Positions 41,655 through 56,229 of a stretch of 64,000 nucleotides of DNA are shown piece after piece (positions within the stretch are counted from its first letter, which is position 1; each line of letters starts with the position of its first letter). The stretch is from assembly GCA_964016885.1 (NCBI GenBank), contig OZ024741.1, positions 206,584,001 to 206,648,000 on the forward strand, written 5' to 3'. The notes below the pieces were generated by a model that was not told the DNA's origin, searched no databases, and saw nothing but the letters and a program-made list of their open reading frames with translations. The translations under genes and the position numbers were made by a program. Origin of the DNA: Eledone cirrhosa (lineage: Eukaryota).

Positions 41655-42905
41655 AGGTAAATGGGTGTTCTAGGGGCAGATAACACCAAGGACAATAACA
41701 CGAAGCAAATGATATCTGAATACATAGAGAGAGTAAGGAACATACTAATGTCACATCTGAATAGTAGAAAAGTAAATTCCCGAGCTGTGTTTATTATTAG
41801 GTACTGGGCGGTAATTTTTAAATGGAAGGTAAACGAGCAAAAGGAACTAGATATAAAGACACAGAACTTAATGGCGACCTACTGTACTTTTCATAAGTAG
41901 GGAGATCTTGATAGACTGAAGGAGATCTGAAGATGGAAGAGGTGTAATCAGCGTGGAGGAGTATGTCCAGATGGAGAAGAGCTGACTACACAAATATGTG
42001 TCTGAGAGTAACCAGCCAATGCTTAAGGTTGTATTGAAGGAGGAGAAAATAGACCAAAGGATGTCCAAGAAAGTGGTAGCGTCAAAGAAGAAGAACAACC
42101 TGAATGAAAATGTTTTTCACAGTATCATTTTAAAGAAAACAGAATTCAGAGATCCGCAAACTTGGAAGTGGTTAAAGAAAGGGGATCTTATGAAAGCCAT
42201 AGAGAGAATGTTACTGGATGTACGGGAGAAGCCCTTAGAACGAAGTGGATGAAACACCATATTGACAAGGAGGGGGATAACCCGCTCAATAGCATTTTTG
42301 AAGAGAGAGAGAGAGAGGAATCTGTAGCTCACATCGCATCCGAGTATAAACACCCAGCCCAGACTCACTATAAATGATGTCATAGGAAATGTAATTCACT
42401 GGCATTTATGTAAACTTAATAACTTACCTCATTCTGAGAAATGGTATGAACATAAGCGAGTGTCGGTGATAAAAACGATCGGGTGCAGGTGCTGTGGGCT
42501 TTCAGGAGACAAACGGACAAAGAATTAAAACGCAATAGGCGTGACCTAGTGGTTTTTTACAAGGAAAAAAGATCTTGCTTGAAGAGGTTTGCATCTTTGA
42601 AAAAAGAGTTCAAGAAAAGGATGAGAAAATTAACCGGTACTAGGATATAAAATGGGAAGTGAAAAGGATATAGAACTGTCATGAGATCAAGGTCGTCTCT
42701 ATTGTTATAGGAGCACTAGGTACTATCCCGAAGAGCTTCCAAGGCAGGTTAAAGAACATCAGCCCAGCTCCCTTTTTGGGAACACTCCGGAAAGTATGCC
42801 TACTGAGAACATCTAGGAAATTCCGATACATCCTGAATATCTGAGGCTGCAGGTAGCGGCTTGATGTTTATCAGGGAAAATATTCCGATTAAATAACAAT
42901 AATGA
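41655..42905 (+). mobile_element. Degraded R4/Dong-like non-LTR element (post-RT region, zinc knuckle remnant, restriction-like endonuclease)
   Basis: GVL..EYIERVRNIL.SHLN..IIRY..W..ELDIKT; ESVAHIASE; WYEHK; IVIGALGTIPK; TAA-rich tail. Confidence 0.8.
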
Positions 42906-42944
42906 CTGAGATATCATAGTAATAAGTTACAATACAAACGGAAA

Positions 42945-44380
42945 GACGACCTCAAGCTTTATGATAAGTATGAATCCCAGCTTGGCTCCCTCGTTGATAC
43001 GGCGTATATATTTAGTGCTGACATCAGAATGTAGTTTGAATTAAAAAGAATAGTGTATTAATCTTGAACAGAGGCAAAATTAAAAACATTGAGGGTTGCT
43101 GCTGCCATTAGGAAAGGTTATAAAGCAAATAGAAGTGGAAGGTTATAAGTACTTAGGAATATTAGAAGTTCATAAGATAATGCAGGAGGAAATGAAAGAA
43201 AAATTTAAGGTGGAATACATGTGCAGACTGAGACTTATTCTCAAGTCGAAACTGAATGGATGGAATAAGATGGAAGCTATCAACACATGGGCAGTATCAC
43301 TCCTTAGATATGGGGCGGGGGTGATCACGTGGACAGTGGAAGAGCTAAACAGTTTAAACTGAAAGACAAGAAAGATATTGACTAGATATGTGGTATTTCA
43401 GCCAAAGAGCGGACATAGAGAGATTATATGGAGCATGAAAATGAGGAGGAATAGGATTGATGGGGTGCCAAGACAGCATTAGAATAGAAGAAATATAACA
43501 TGGTGTGTTACATAAAAAATTCTAGAGAATTGCTGTTGCTGGAAGTAAGAAGATCAGGGTTGCGCAAAATAGAAGATTGCAAAAGAAAAAAAAAACCGTA
43601 CAAGCATTTGAAGAGGGATGAAACTCAAGCCTTAATCCGTGCTGCTCAAGAAGGAGCACTAAGTACTAACTACATCAAGCATAGAGTAGACTACACAGCA
43701 GAAAGTGATAAGTGTAAAATTTGTGGTATAAATGGAGAAACTTTATGGCATAATACCTGTCAATGTACACCACTGACTCAGAAAGAGTATAAGAGACGTC
43801 ACGACAACACAGCAAGCAGAGTCCATTGGGCACGATGTGGCAAATATGCACTTGGCAGAACATAAACGTGGGATCAACAAAACCCTGAGGGTCTTATCGA
43901 AAATAATGATGCAACGATCCTGTGGGACTTTGTGATACAGTGTGACCATGGGATTGAGTACAGGATACTAGATATTGTATTAATTGAGAAAGAAAGCAAC
44001 CAGAGTTGGATCATATTTATAGCCTGTCCAGATAATAACAAGCTATGCGATAAAGAAGGAAACAAATTGATAGATATGACAGGCTAGCTTGGGAGGTTAA
44101 GCTGTTGTGGTCACTGAAATAGGTGGTGGTAATACCAATAATAGTTGGAGTGTTCGGAATAGTGAGTAAAGATCTTGAGAAGTACATTAAATAAATAAGG
44201 ATTGCAATAGGGATAGAACACTTACAAAAAACAGTATTGCTTGGATCAGAACGAATACTCCGGAAGGTACTTTAAAAATAAGGGTTGTTACGTCAGTGCA
44301 CAGGTAGTGAATAGGTAACACTGTAATATATCTCCAGTGTTAGAAGCTGAGCGAAGAAACAATAATGATAATAATAGTAA
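42945..44380 (+). mobile_element. Degraded R4/Dong-like non-LTR element, second family
   Basis: DDLKLY; YKYLGILE; LKSKLNG.NK..AINTWAVSLLRY; CKICGINGETLWHNTCQC..EYKRRHD; ILWDFVIQCDH; IIVGVFG; TAA-rich tail. Confidence 0.88.
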
Positions 44381-44589
44381 CAACCATACTGTTAGGTAAA
44401 TGAGCCTGCGAATTTTACCAGGTACTGTTGTTTATTTAAAGTGCAACGTAAGTTCTACTTAAGATGTAAGTGAAACAATCAATACTCTAATTGTTGTTTT
44501 ATCCTATATCATAATTAGCTAACAAAGTCTTTTGACTTACTTCACTTAGATTCCTTAAAACTAGATAAATCTGGTTCATTCACTGTATA

Positions 44590-44901
44590 CAGTGTACCCT
44601 TGACATTCGCGCTTCCGGTTATTCGCTGGATTTTCTTCAGAACCTAACTAACAATTGTACGCGGAAACCACCGCATATTCGCAGAATCGTAAATATATTC
44701 CGCGATTTATTTATGGCTTTTTTCATGGCAATATATATTTTTCGCGCTTTTTAACGCTAAATTATTAATAACAATACACTGTATTTGCCGGCCTATATTT
44801 TACGTTATGGTTTGACATTTATAGGCATTTTTATGGACCACGTCCAATATTCGCGTTTTTTCCCTCTTCGTGGGTGCCCCGCGAGTACCGGGGGACAACT
44901 G
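44590..44901. mobile_element. pogo/Tigger-like MITE
   Basis: TA|CAGTGTACCCTTGACATTCGCG ... CGCGAGTACCGGGGGACAACTG|TA: imperfect ~22-bp TIRs beginning CAGT, TA duplication. Confidence 0.7.
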
Positions 44902-46111
44902 TATATGGAGTAGAAAACGTGTGTTGATTTTACTGCGTATAAAGGAAAGAAAGGTCAGTGCTCTTTCTTTCCTTTATACTCAGTAAAATAAACACACATT
45001 TTTTCTACTTCATATACAGTTGTCCCCCGGTACTCCAACATATAAAGGAAAGAAAGGGCACTGGACTTTCTTTCGTTTATATGAGACTCGTGAGAAAATG
45101 TGAGGGACCTTTTTCGAAATAGAGATTAGAACCCAATTATTGCAACAATTCTCTGCTAACGCAAACATGGATCAGGTGATAGTGTTAAATCGATAAACGG
45201 ATTTAGTCAAGCACTCCAGAGAGATATATGTTCAGGACGCAAATATTCAGCACATAATACTATACTATAAGACATCACATATGACGCAATAAGATTTCAG
45301 TTAATCAACCCTCTGAACTGGTACTTTATTTTATCGACACAGAAGCGATGAAATACAAAGTTGAATTCGTTTGGATCAGAACTCAGAGAGCATAGAGTTT
45401 GAATTAATATCACAAAGCATTCTATCCGATCTTTTAAACGAAAGAACAAAGGTAGCAAAGCGGATTTTCTTAGTCTCTGATGACTCGGTTGTGTGAAAAT
45501 ATAACTACAAACATAACAACAAAAGCAACAAAGAAAAAATTTGTCCGTCTGTGTTTTTTTCTTGATTTCTAAAAAATGTTCTTAACATTAAATAATTTAT
45601 TTTAAAAGCTTTGTCTACTACATCTGAAGTAAATATAATTATAATTCTGGTATCTTATCTATTGAAGCTACATTCTCATTGGCTGTGTTGTCATCTACAA
45701 GTGATATCACATGTAATGAAAAAGATATGAAATATATATCTAGATAGGTTCAAAGCAGGAATTCTCTGCAGAATTTTGCAATCAAGTGAAGTTAGTGACT
45801 TCAAAGAAAAAGTAAAGAATGTCACGTGTTATCAGCATCTAAATGCTATATATATATATATTTATACATATATACACGCGCGTGTGTGTGCGGTGTGTGT
45901 TGTGTGAGTGACTGTATATACCTATGTTACTGAATAAGCAGATGAGAAAGATGGTAAATGGTGTGGGCATTGTTTTTGTCATGAAATACATCTAAATATT
46001 TTACCCAAGGAACTTCAAAATGAAGTAGAGTTCACATCCGATTCTATTATAGATTTGATTAGATGGAATATATAAATGTATGTTTGTATGTATGTATGTG
46101 TATGTATGTAT

Positions 46112-46238
<127 letters not shown>

Positions 46239-47413
46239 CGTGTGTGTGTGTACGTATGTATATAAGCTAAAACCAAAAGACACTCGGAAATATAGTCAAA
46301 TTGCATACTGAAATATAATATCCACATTATCCTGTCTCCAATCATAGTTTAACACATCATGTTACTGTATACAAGGGCCCCAGCTATGTGGTGTGGTGGG
46401 TTCGTGCCTTCCTCAGCGAGGCCGAATGCTCATAGAATGCTGGGCCGAAGGTTTAGTGATACAAGATTACATTTACAGATAATTTCCAGTACTAAAACTT
46501 TACTAGAGCGTTGAAATTCGTCAGCGTTGACCTTTAATGAAGGATTGTAAAGTATGAGTGTTGTTTTATATACCAAAACAAAGAAGCCGAAAATATGCAG
46601 AAGCCACTGAAACATCAAGAATGTATCTACGAAACATTTTCTGAACAAAAAGGCGAAACTACTTTAAAACACGCAAATTTGTCGACATCGCCTGGCCCGA
46701 TAAAATATTTTAGTTATAACTGTAAACTAATAATTCCAATAGTTTGTATAATAACTTCTTCCTGCAATTTGACCTTGAATTGCGTTTTTTAAATTGACGT
46801 AAATGAAAAAACCAGTGCAATAAACTATTATCATCCCAGTCTGCTGAGAAGATTATTTAAATACGGTTGAAAAGTGACATCAATTCAGATTGCATTTTTT
46901 TTACGATGAAAGTAATAAAATTAAGAAGGCTAGAACAGAGGTATAACCTTTGACCTGCAATTATCCGATTTAAGATAGTAGAATTGAGTTGAGGGATATA
47001 CACCTGATAATTGACTACGTCAAATATCCACAATTATCTTGATTATTTTCAAACGGATAGCAACAGCAGATATCTGAAAGTAATGATTGATACAGAAGCA
47101 AATACAGTAATGTGTTCAAGGATGTATCATGTGTTACCTTGGTAATATATTGTGGTCATTACTGTGACACATCCTACCTAGGTGATGCGTTGGATTCAGT
47201 AATGTCATTTCACATATTTTAATTAAGGAAAATTTTGATGTCAAATGAGTCATATCTGTAGAATGTTCTGTATCTTAAAATGTCAGATCGTTTACTCTTC
47301 ACCGCCCCAAAACATCATTTGAAATCCTCAAAACTATCTTGGATTGTAATTCCATTCTTAGCAGTACAGTTCTGTAGCAGCTTCAACTAAATAAATATTT
47401 GTTCTCGTATGTG

Positions 47414-47506
<93 letters not shown>

Positions 47507-48186
47507 GTATATATATAAATATATATATGAATGTATAAATGTCTGTGTGTGTCTGTTTGCAGTGTATGAGTGTATATGCGGATCTATCTATCTATCTGTT
47601 TGTACAACTGCTGTCGCATATGGGACAAATCCAGTTGACTGCCGAGTCCATGGGAAGGATCAAACCGCCAACTTCTTTCAAAATTGAAAGAGAGGTGGTT
47701 TTCTTCTGTATAGTGGCTATGGTAAAAGAGATTATATGGTGGACGAGATTGAGAGGACTGAGGACAGATGCCTGTCTCTCTGGACAACAACTCATTCCCT
47801 TCTTTAGGTACCACTTTAGAAGGAGAATCAGAGTGGAGAGTGAGACACTGCACCTAGTAAATTTTACTGAAAAGTAGGTGAATCTAGCAAAAATGGCCCG
47901 AGTGATTGGGCCTTCCCTGTATATAAAACTGTAGGTTGAAGATGAGAGCAAAAGGAGGAAAGGAGCACTTGCACAATACGCTACTGAAGTTGAGGGTTGT
48001 TCTATCTACAGGGTATTAAACAACCCATTTGTAACGCCTCCCCCCTTATTGGGGATTTCGATTGTTGAATTTGTTTGTTTCAATATTTTTACACGACTGT
48101 ATGTAAAATCCCCGGCATATGTCCTTGTATTGTCCCCTTTTCTTGTGTGCCCTTTTGGCAAATAAAGAAATATATCTATCTGTTTG

Positions 48187-48237
<51 letters not shown>

Positions 48238-48996
48238 CTTGGGAGGTCATGGGATCATGCTACCTAGAAAGGCCTTCCAAATGGTCCAATCAGGAGCAAT
48301 CCTCTCCAATTGATCTGGCTGGATCCCCAAGTGAGATAAACCAAGCTCATGTGTGTTATCCAACCCATCATATTCCTTGGGGGTCAACCACTGGGTCTTC
48401 TGCGATTCTCTCCTTAGCCATTTTAGCAACAGATGCGTGTTATCTCAATTCGTAGAAGTAGCCGCTCTGAAGCAAACCTCTTATCTCAGAGTTACTCACC
48501 TATCGACTTAGAACCATTTACCCGAACACAAATATTAGGACATTCGTATAGGAACACCATGCTAAGAAGTATTGTTTCTCAAGGTCTACGAATCAATAAT
48601 AAACTTCCTAGCATTATTCTCAGGATTTCTCGAAAATCTGCCGCATTGTGAATATTTGGCTGGAAGTGCTGCATCCGGGGAGATAACCACACCGTTACTC
48701 AGTTAGCTTGGAGTAGAGAGAATCGCTACATCTCTTTATCAGGCTCTTACACTAGACTTTCTCGGATTAGCTTAACAAAGAATTTCCACTATAGTTAGAG
48801 AAATCTCCCTTATCTCTCTTCCTGAAAATTGGGATTCTCACTTCTGATTGTCATTGCTTTGGTGCCTTTGCAGAGATTCAGGTCATCCGGCACATACACA
48901 CTCACAGGTACACACAGACAGACAAACATACAGAGATACAGTCAGACGGTCACACACATAGCCCCCTCCCCCCGACACACACAGCTACACACACGT

Positions 48997-49088
<92 letters not shown>

Positions 49089-49540
49089 TTTTCAACGTGA
49101 ATTTTTTTGCCAAAGTGGATCCGTGTAAATGGCCAGGCCTGGCTAATCTTCTCTTTGATTTGACGTCACGCATCACTAAAGGGTTTACTACTACGATCAC
49201 TTGCCACCAGCAACTGAGAGAACTAGCACGTCATTTTTGTCTTTCCATCACAGGGCGGTGAACTCCTGCTGTCGAACCGGTCCATCACCTAATTACGTAC
49301 TAATACTCTGCACTTGGCTGCTTCTTTCAGAATACTGCCAGCAGGTTGGGGCAGCAAAATCTGTTGCAGCAGTCAGGGTACATTAACATTCTTATCCACA
49401 CGAAGTCGTCTGCTTTCCTGATTAACGAAAGTGTGCACTCAACTGCGTTCAAATTTTAATTATACAAACTTAATTGGTCATTGAGGTTATATCCGTCCTA
49501 TTCGACATGTTTCACATCTTATACCCCCCCCCCCACACAC

Positions 49541-50212
<672 letters not shown>

Positions 50213-50214
50213 TA

Positions 50215-51856
50215 TAAGAGCATTCAGTCCATAGGACGAGTTTAGTATAAATAATTACAACAATGACAAAAACAGGTACTCAAGTTTCGTTGGGTTCTGG
50301 GCCCCAATTTGTTCAACCTGTCATGAGAAAAATGAAAAACAAAGATGGCCGCCTATGGTTGATTGTGCTTTCCCTATAGGGATATAACAAAAGAGTTCAC
50401 GCAGGGGCAGGGAATTTGGAAAAAGTATAGAAAAAGTATAGGGATTATTTAAAAAAATAGGGTAAGATATGAGGGAGGTAACTCTTGAGATTCCACAGTC
50501 AATTCAGAATGGAAATAGAAGTACAATAAATTCTTCTAGTTGACTCCAGGGATCACATTTCACTGAAATAGAATATAGTCAGTAACTCGAAAGATACTTT
50601 TGGACCTGTTAGTCAGGCCTAAGCCATTTATCCAAAATATATTTCTTCACATGGGGACAACCGCCAAAGCAATCGAGTCGTGTGCTTATCTGAAGCTAAT
50701 TGTGAGGGTATCCACCATTTTTCGGAATTACAAAGCAGACAAAATTTCGTTTTTCGAAATATTTACTTCTGCGTTCACAAATTGATTTTTTTTGTTTCAG
50801 AATATCCCGTTAAGGATGAAAGCAGCGATTCTTTGCTTAAATTTTAATCTGTTATTTTAATATATAATATAAGCGAGGCAAGCCAGCCCAGGTTAACAAT
50901 TACACTTGAGAATACCTTTCCGACGGTCGGCTTATTTTTCAATCAGTAAGTGTCATTTACTAATTTTTTGGCTAACAATCCTGAGACATTCCCACTTACC
51001 CCAGTTGCTTTAATATTTTTTTGCAATACTTCCTGAGACATAATCACTTACCCCCGTTGCACACATTATTATTGGTGTTAGTACCAAGCCATATGCCCCA
51101 TTACGTACATAGATAGAAATAGTGGATATTTTTAGAAAGTCCCCGCCAAAAAATATCCTCACACCTATGTTAAAAATCACATACGCTGGCGTTAAGCGGT
51201 AATTTCTATCTATCTTGGTACATAAGCGAGGAAACCCAGCCCAGGTTACCAATTACAGTTGAGATTACCATTCCAACGATCGGCTTATTTTTCAATCGGT
51301 AAGTGTCAGTTACTAATTTTTTGATAACATATCCTGAGACATTTCCACTAACCCCAGTAAACAGAAATAGTGGATCTTTTTAGAAATCCCCCACCAAAAT
51401 ATCCCCTCACCTATGATAACATCATAATTACCAACTAGGAATAAATTCGTCACGGGCAACTATACGTTGGCTGCTCAAGAGTGGGAAGCAAGACAAATGT
51501 CTTTGCATATGCCCGACACGGAAGAACAAGGAACATTGTGTACAAGGAGGTGCTACAATCATTGTTTAGTTAGAAGAGGCAAAAGGGGATATACACGATT
51601 GCCTGAAGAAGGACGGGACTATGTTAGTAGTACGACCAACGGTTGCTATCACACCAACAGCATAAAAAACAACAACAAAAAAGAGAGGGAACGCAAGTAT
51701 ATGCTTTTGAAAAATCTCAATGGAAAATTATTTGCCTAAGCAAAAATGTCGACACCATCCCCAGGCTGAGGTACTTTTCTGTACTGTTTCAGAAAGGAGG
51801 GATAAACATGGCAATCTATGTTTAGAAGCCCGAGCAACGCCGGACCATTCTGCTAG
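50215..51856 (+). mobile_element. Probable non-autonomous Helitron-like element with a family C pLTR fragment inserted at ~50790-50860
   Basis: 3' end GCCCGAGCAACGCCGGA..CTGCTAG|T (subterminal GC-rich hairpin plus CTAG); internal tandem units at 50870 and 51223; 5' boundary uncertain. Confidence 0.55.
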
Positions 51857-52179
51857 TATATACATACAACCATCATCTTTATATAGGTGTTTACTATTTG
51901 TAACGCTAATATCTTTATTCTGTAAAAAGTATTGTTTTGTCAGATGACTGCAGGTAAGTTAAGATGGAATCTGGACTGATAATACAGCGTCAGCAATACT
52001 GATGTATGGGGTAGGATTGAAGAGAATGAGAAATAAAGGGGTGGAGGAGAAGAGTGTTTCAAGTATTGACACAAACAAAACTCCTGGTCAATGAATGAAG
52101 TGTATCTGCGTACGCATGGCTAATTCACGTTGATAAGGAAGTAGCAGAACAGTGTGATAAGTGAATGAAAGATCACCAA

Positions 52180-52540
52180 CTCCACCTCCCTCCACCAATA
52201 CTATGACTAGCACGATAAACACTACGAAACCTGAAACCACCACCACCATCACCACCACTACCACCACCGCCACCACTACCACCACTGCCACCACTATCAC
52301 CACCACCACCACCACTACCTCCACCGCCACCACTACCACCACCGCCACTACTATCACCACCACCAACAACAACAACAATAACCACAGCAACTCCACTATA
52401 TCCACCGCCACCACAAATACAATCACTACCACCAACACATATACTGCGATCAAGAGAAGCACTACGAACAACCCCATTTCATCACCACCAACAAAAGCAA
52501 CAACAACACTAACACCGCTATCACCCAAGCATCAACAATA
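52180..52540. repeat. (ACC/AAC)n degenerate microsatellite
   Basis: Direct inspection. Confidence 0.9.
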
Positions 52541-52781
52541 CAAAAAGGTAACTAACGAGAAGAAAAGATGTAAAAGAATCATGGCATTGGCAGAGAATCA
52601 GTAATGAGGTTAACGATAAGACAAGAGAGCAGATTAGTTTCTTATGTAGCATTGTTTCGATAACAACTATTCTTTAATTCTTTCAGCAATTCCGACGCTT
52701 TGTATTCAGAGAAAATATCTATTGTGTATAAGAAGCACATACACACACACATGCATGTATATATGTATGTATATATATATA

Positions 52782-53387
52782 TGTCAGGTCACCAGTTGGT
52801 GCTACTGGTAACATGTATCCCAGTACAACCTGTCTCATGGTCGGGTCGTTGGCGACTAAACTGGCAACCCCACCAAGGTTTCTTGGTGAGGAGGGTGACT
52901 TTGGACATCCTGCAGGACTAAAAACAAAACCTGTCAAAGGGCAAAGGATCTCTTAAGAGTCAATGGCCATCGAAATCACCGGGAGAGATGACCCCTTTGT
53001 CTTTGTCAAGGCAGAATTCTAGGAGAAGGAAAACTCTGATATAACACCTGCAACCCTGATGGTATCCAATGATGTTGACTTGTTCTTCTTTTTGGTAAAT
53101 ATCATCTTGGTTAAGAGAGTGGGACTGGCTTTGTGCAGTGCCTTTGCTCACTATAAAAGCTTCACGGCACAGGCATTGCTTTATATCTGGAGATCTCTCT
53201 GCACTTGTCGTCACATGGTACCATGGGCCTAGCACTATGTGTCAATAATTGTCACATGTGTAGTGTTTGTACCAGAGTTTTCAAGTCGCTGGCTGCACTA
53301 AAAAGTCACACTCGTTTAGAACATCGGTAGGGGTTCTCCTACATGGATATAAAGTAGTGGCCGTACTCGAAAACGAGTTGGCAGCCA

Positions 53388-53389
<2 letters not shown>
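52782..53389 (+). mobile_element. ~600-bp non-coding interspersed element, copy 2
   Basis: Matches 37452-38048; inserted in (TA)n. Confidence 0.8.
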
Positions 53390-53454
<65 letters not shown>

Positions 53455-53458
<4 letters not shown>

Positions 53459-55232
53459 GATATTAAATAAATATGAAACTATATTTATAAAACCATATTT
53501 ATTCTATTATATATATATTTCAAGGGTACTAAAACTTTGGTACGCTTTCATCAGATAAAATACAAAGTTTGTTTTATAAATTTTGACATAAGAAAAGATA
53601 CCTTAACGGTTCAAGTTTTCCTTGGATAGTGAAAGGATAAGAGAAGACATGTAAGATATTTAAAATTATTAAGATGAGTATGCAAATGAGGTTGAGGTAT
53701 AGGGCTGAAAAAAAAAACGTTATTTTAGACGCTATGCAGAATTTAAATAATTAGGATATATGTATGAGTAGGAAGAAGAAAAAGGAAGAATAACTTGTAT
53801 TTACGTTAATTTAAAAGGAATTAACAATTTGGAGGAATGGTGGAATATGATTCCAGAGTTTACATTTATTTAGCTATATTATGAGTTATAATATTGCATA
53901 TATAATCAATTAGATTGTATGAAGAATTTTGGTTGTAAGTATATTTTATCTTATTACATGGTCTGCATATAAAAAAAACATTTCCTCGATACACAAGTTA
54001 CAGAATCTTGAGAAAGCCATATTTCGGTATGCAGGTGCTTTCGAAATCTTTCGAAATATAGACTATTGAATAGTCTATATTGTTGTCTTTTATGTTCCAA
54101 ATTAAATGTGAAAGTGAAGTGGAAGCTTTTATATCGGATCTCTTAAATGTGTCTTTATGGTTATACCACCGTTCTTTGAATTTTGTAGAAGTGACACCAA
54201 TATAGTTAAATACTTTGTCTCTAGTTTTAACTGTGCATTTATAAATTACGTTTTTGCAAAGGGCAATTTGATTTAATTCTACAGTTACATTTTCTGGAGT
54301 TGTTGTCGTTCCGAACGGTACTATTTTTCTGAATATTGTTGTTAAAAATATTATTATTGCTATTTTGGTTAGTTTGGTTAGGGTTTAAATTTAAGTTTCT
54401 ATTATTAATTCTATTTATATTTTGTGCTATGTTCATAGTAGTAGAGTAGGGTAGTTTTATGGTGTGTCTGTTGAAAATAGAGTGGTATCTGTGGGCTTTA
54501 GGAAAACGTTTATCTAGTGCTTTAAAGAATAGCTTTGCTAAATGTGTTTTAACGCTTAATGAGAATGTGGGGGTGGGGGGGGGGGTGTACCAAATAATAT
54601 TACTAGTTCTAGTTTTTGTGTTTGGTTTAGTGTTTAAGTTAAATTGTTTATAATTATTATAATTAATTCTAGGATCATTTGTCATGTTATTGTTATCTAT
54701 GTATTTAATTTTATTCGAGTATCCTGCTCTATGTAAAGCTTCATTGTAATATTCTGCCTTATCATCAAAAATATTTTTATTAGCAGAGATGCGTGAAATC
54801 CGTTGTTGGACGCTATTGACAATAGTGTTTTTTTATATTTCTAGGATAATTAGAATTGAAACTTACGTAATTTAGATTTTCGTTAATTTTATGGAATGGA
54901 TAGTTTAAGACCTGTGCTAAGATTTAAGGTTACATCTAAGAAGTTAACGATTTAGTAATTATTCTCTATTTCTAAATTAAGGTTGTAGTTGTTGAAAAAT
55001 TGTATTGGATTTTTTCAACAACTACAACCTTAATTTAGAAATAGAGAATAATTACAAAATCGTTATGGATTTCCTTTTCCTATTAATATCACTATTGCTA
55101 TGGTTTTCAATTAAAAGTAACATATCGTCACGATATAAACCTCCGGTCATCTCTGGCATTTTCCTATGCAGTACATTATTATTAAATATTCCAACGAGGT
55201 ACGTTACTTGCGTTGAGTCAGATGATCCCATA

Positions 55233-55237
<5 letters not shown>
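53455..55237 (-). mobile_element. 5'-truncated Penelope-like element (same family as 12158-14606) whose 3' pLTR carries a family A hammerhead at 53500-53562
   Basis: Minus: ITMGSSDSTQVTYLVGIF..GGLYRDDMLL; IIWYTPP; CNCRIKSNCPL; YIGVTSTKFKERWYNH; HHR TATTTTAT-CTGATGA-AAGCGTAC..GTACCCTT-GAAA-TATATATA-TA-ATAGAATA. Confidence 0.92.
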
Positions 55238-55280
<43 letters not shown>

Positions 55281-55286
<6 letters not shown>

Positions 55287-55800
55287 TAAGAGGAATTCCA
55301 ACTTTGTCTGATTTACTCGTTTTATTTACAATACTTTAAAATATATATAATGGTATTATAATGAAATAGTATGATAGAATATTAAATTCTAAGTGTTAAT
55401 TGAACAAGTACTTTCATGCTTTCGCAATCTTCAGGTTCATGATATGTGGTGACAGTCGTGTTTGCAATTTTCAACTGTAATGAGATGGGTAAATTTCCTA
55501 CCTTTTCCTACCTTAAAATGTATAAAAGGTAGGAAATTTACCCATCTCATTACAGTTGAAAATTGCAAACACGACTGTCACCACATATCATGAACCTGAA
55601 GATTGCGAAAGCATGAAAGTACTTGTTCAATTAACACTTAGAATTTAATATTCTATCATACTATTTCATTATAATACCATTATATATATTTTAAAGGATT
55701 GTAAATAAAACGAGTAAATCAGACAAAGTTGGAATTCCTCTTATTAATATAATCTTCTATACACAATCATACACACCCGTGTATATTTACCTGTCTATAT
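55281..55800. mobile_element. Fold-back element (~225-bp arms) with compact hammerheads at 55401-55439 (-) and 55591-55629 (+)
   Basis: TGAAC-CTGAAGA-TTGC(GAAA)GCAT-GAAA-GTAC-TT-GTTCA; arms 55281-55506 and 55525-55750; tail on the right. Confidence 0.92.
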
Positions 55801-55811
55801 CTATATATATA

Positions 55812-55842
<31 letters not shown>

Positions 55843-55937
55843 ATTAATTAAATTAAATTAAAGGAGTCATGTCCAAAACATGCGCCATATCCACCGTAGA
55901 ATAAGCTCAAAGATTCCAATGAATAGATCCGAGCCTT

Positions 55938-56182
55938 TTATATCAACTAGAATTTGATTGACATATATATATATATTTAAAATAAACGCATGAAACAATC
56001 ACAGGGGATAATTTGTAAAGTGTGTAATCACACATAGATAGGTAGGTAACTAATTAAAGTTTAACTAGAGTTTCAAATATTACGTTTTAAAGTGTGATTA
56101 CACACTTTACAAATTATCCCCTGTGATTGTTTCGTGTGTTTATTTTAAATATATATATGTCAATCAATTTCTAGTTGATATA
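55938..56182. mobile_element. Short fold-back of a pLTR tail with hammerhead 3' half on the minus strand
   Basis: Arms ~55938-56032 and 56092-56182; minus GAAA-CTCTAG-TT-AAAC in the spacer; tail also at ~61030-61100. Confidence 0.6.
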
Positions 56183-56229
56183 TATATATGTGTGTGTATA
56201 TACATATATACATTTATATATATATATAT

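Noticed and set aside
52161-52604. 147-aa Thr-rich mucin-like ORF
   Set aside because: Translation of an (ACC/AAC)n microsatellite; no other coding signal
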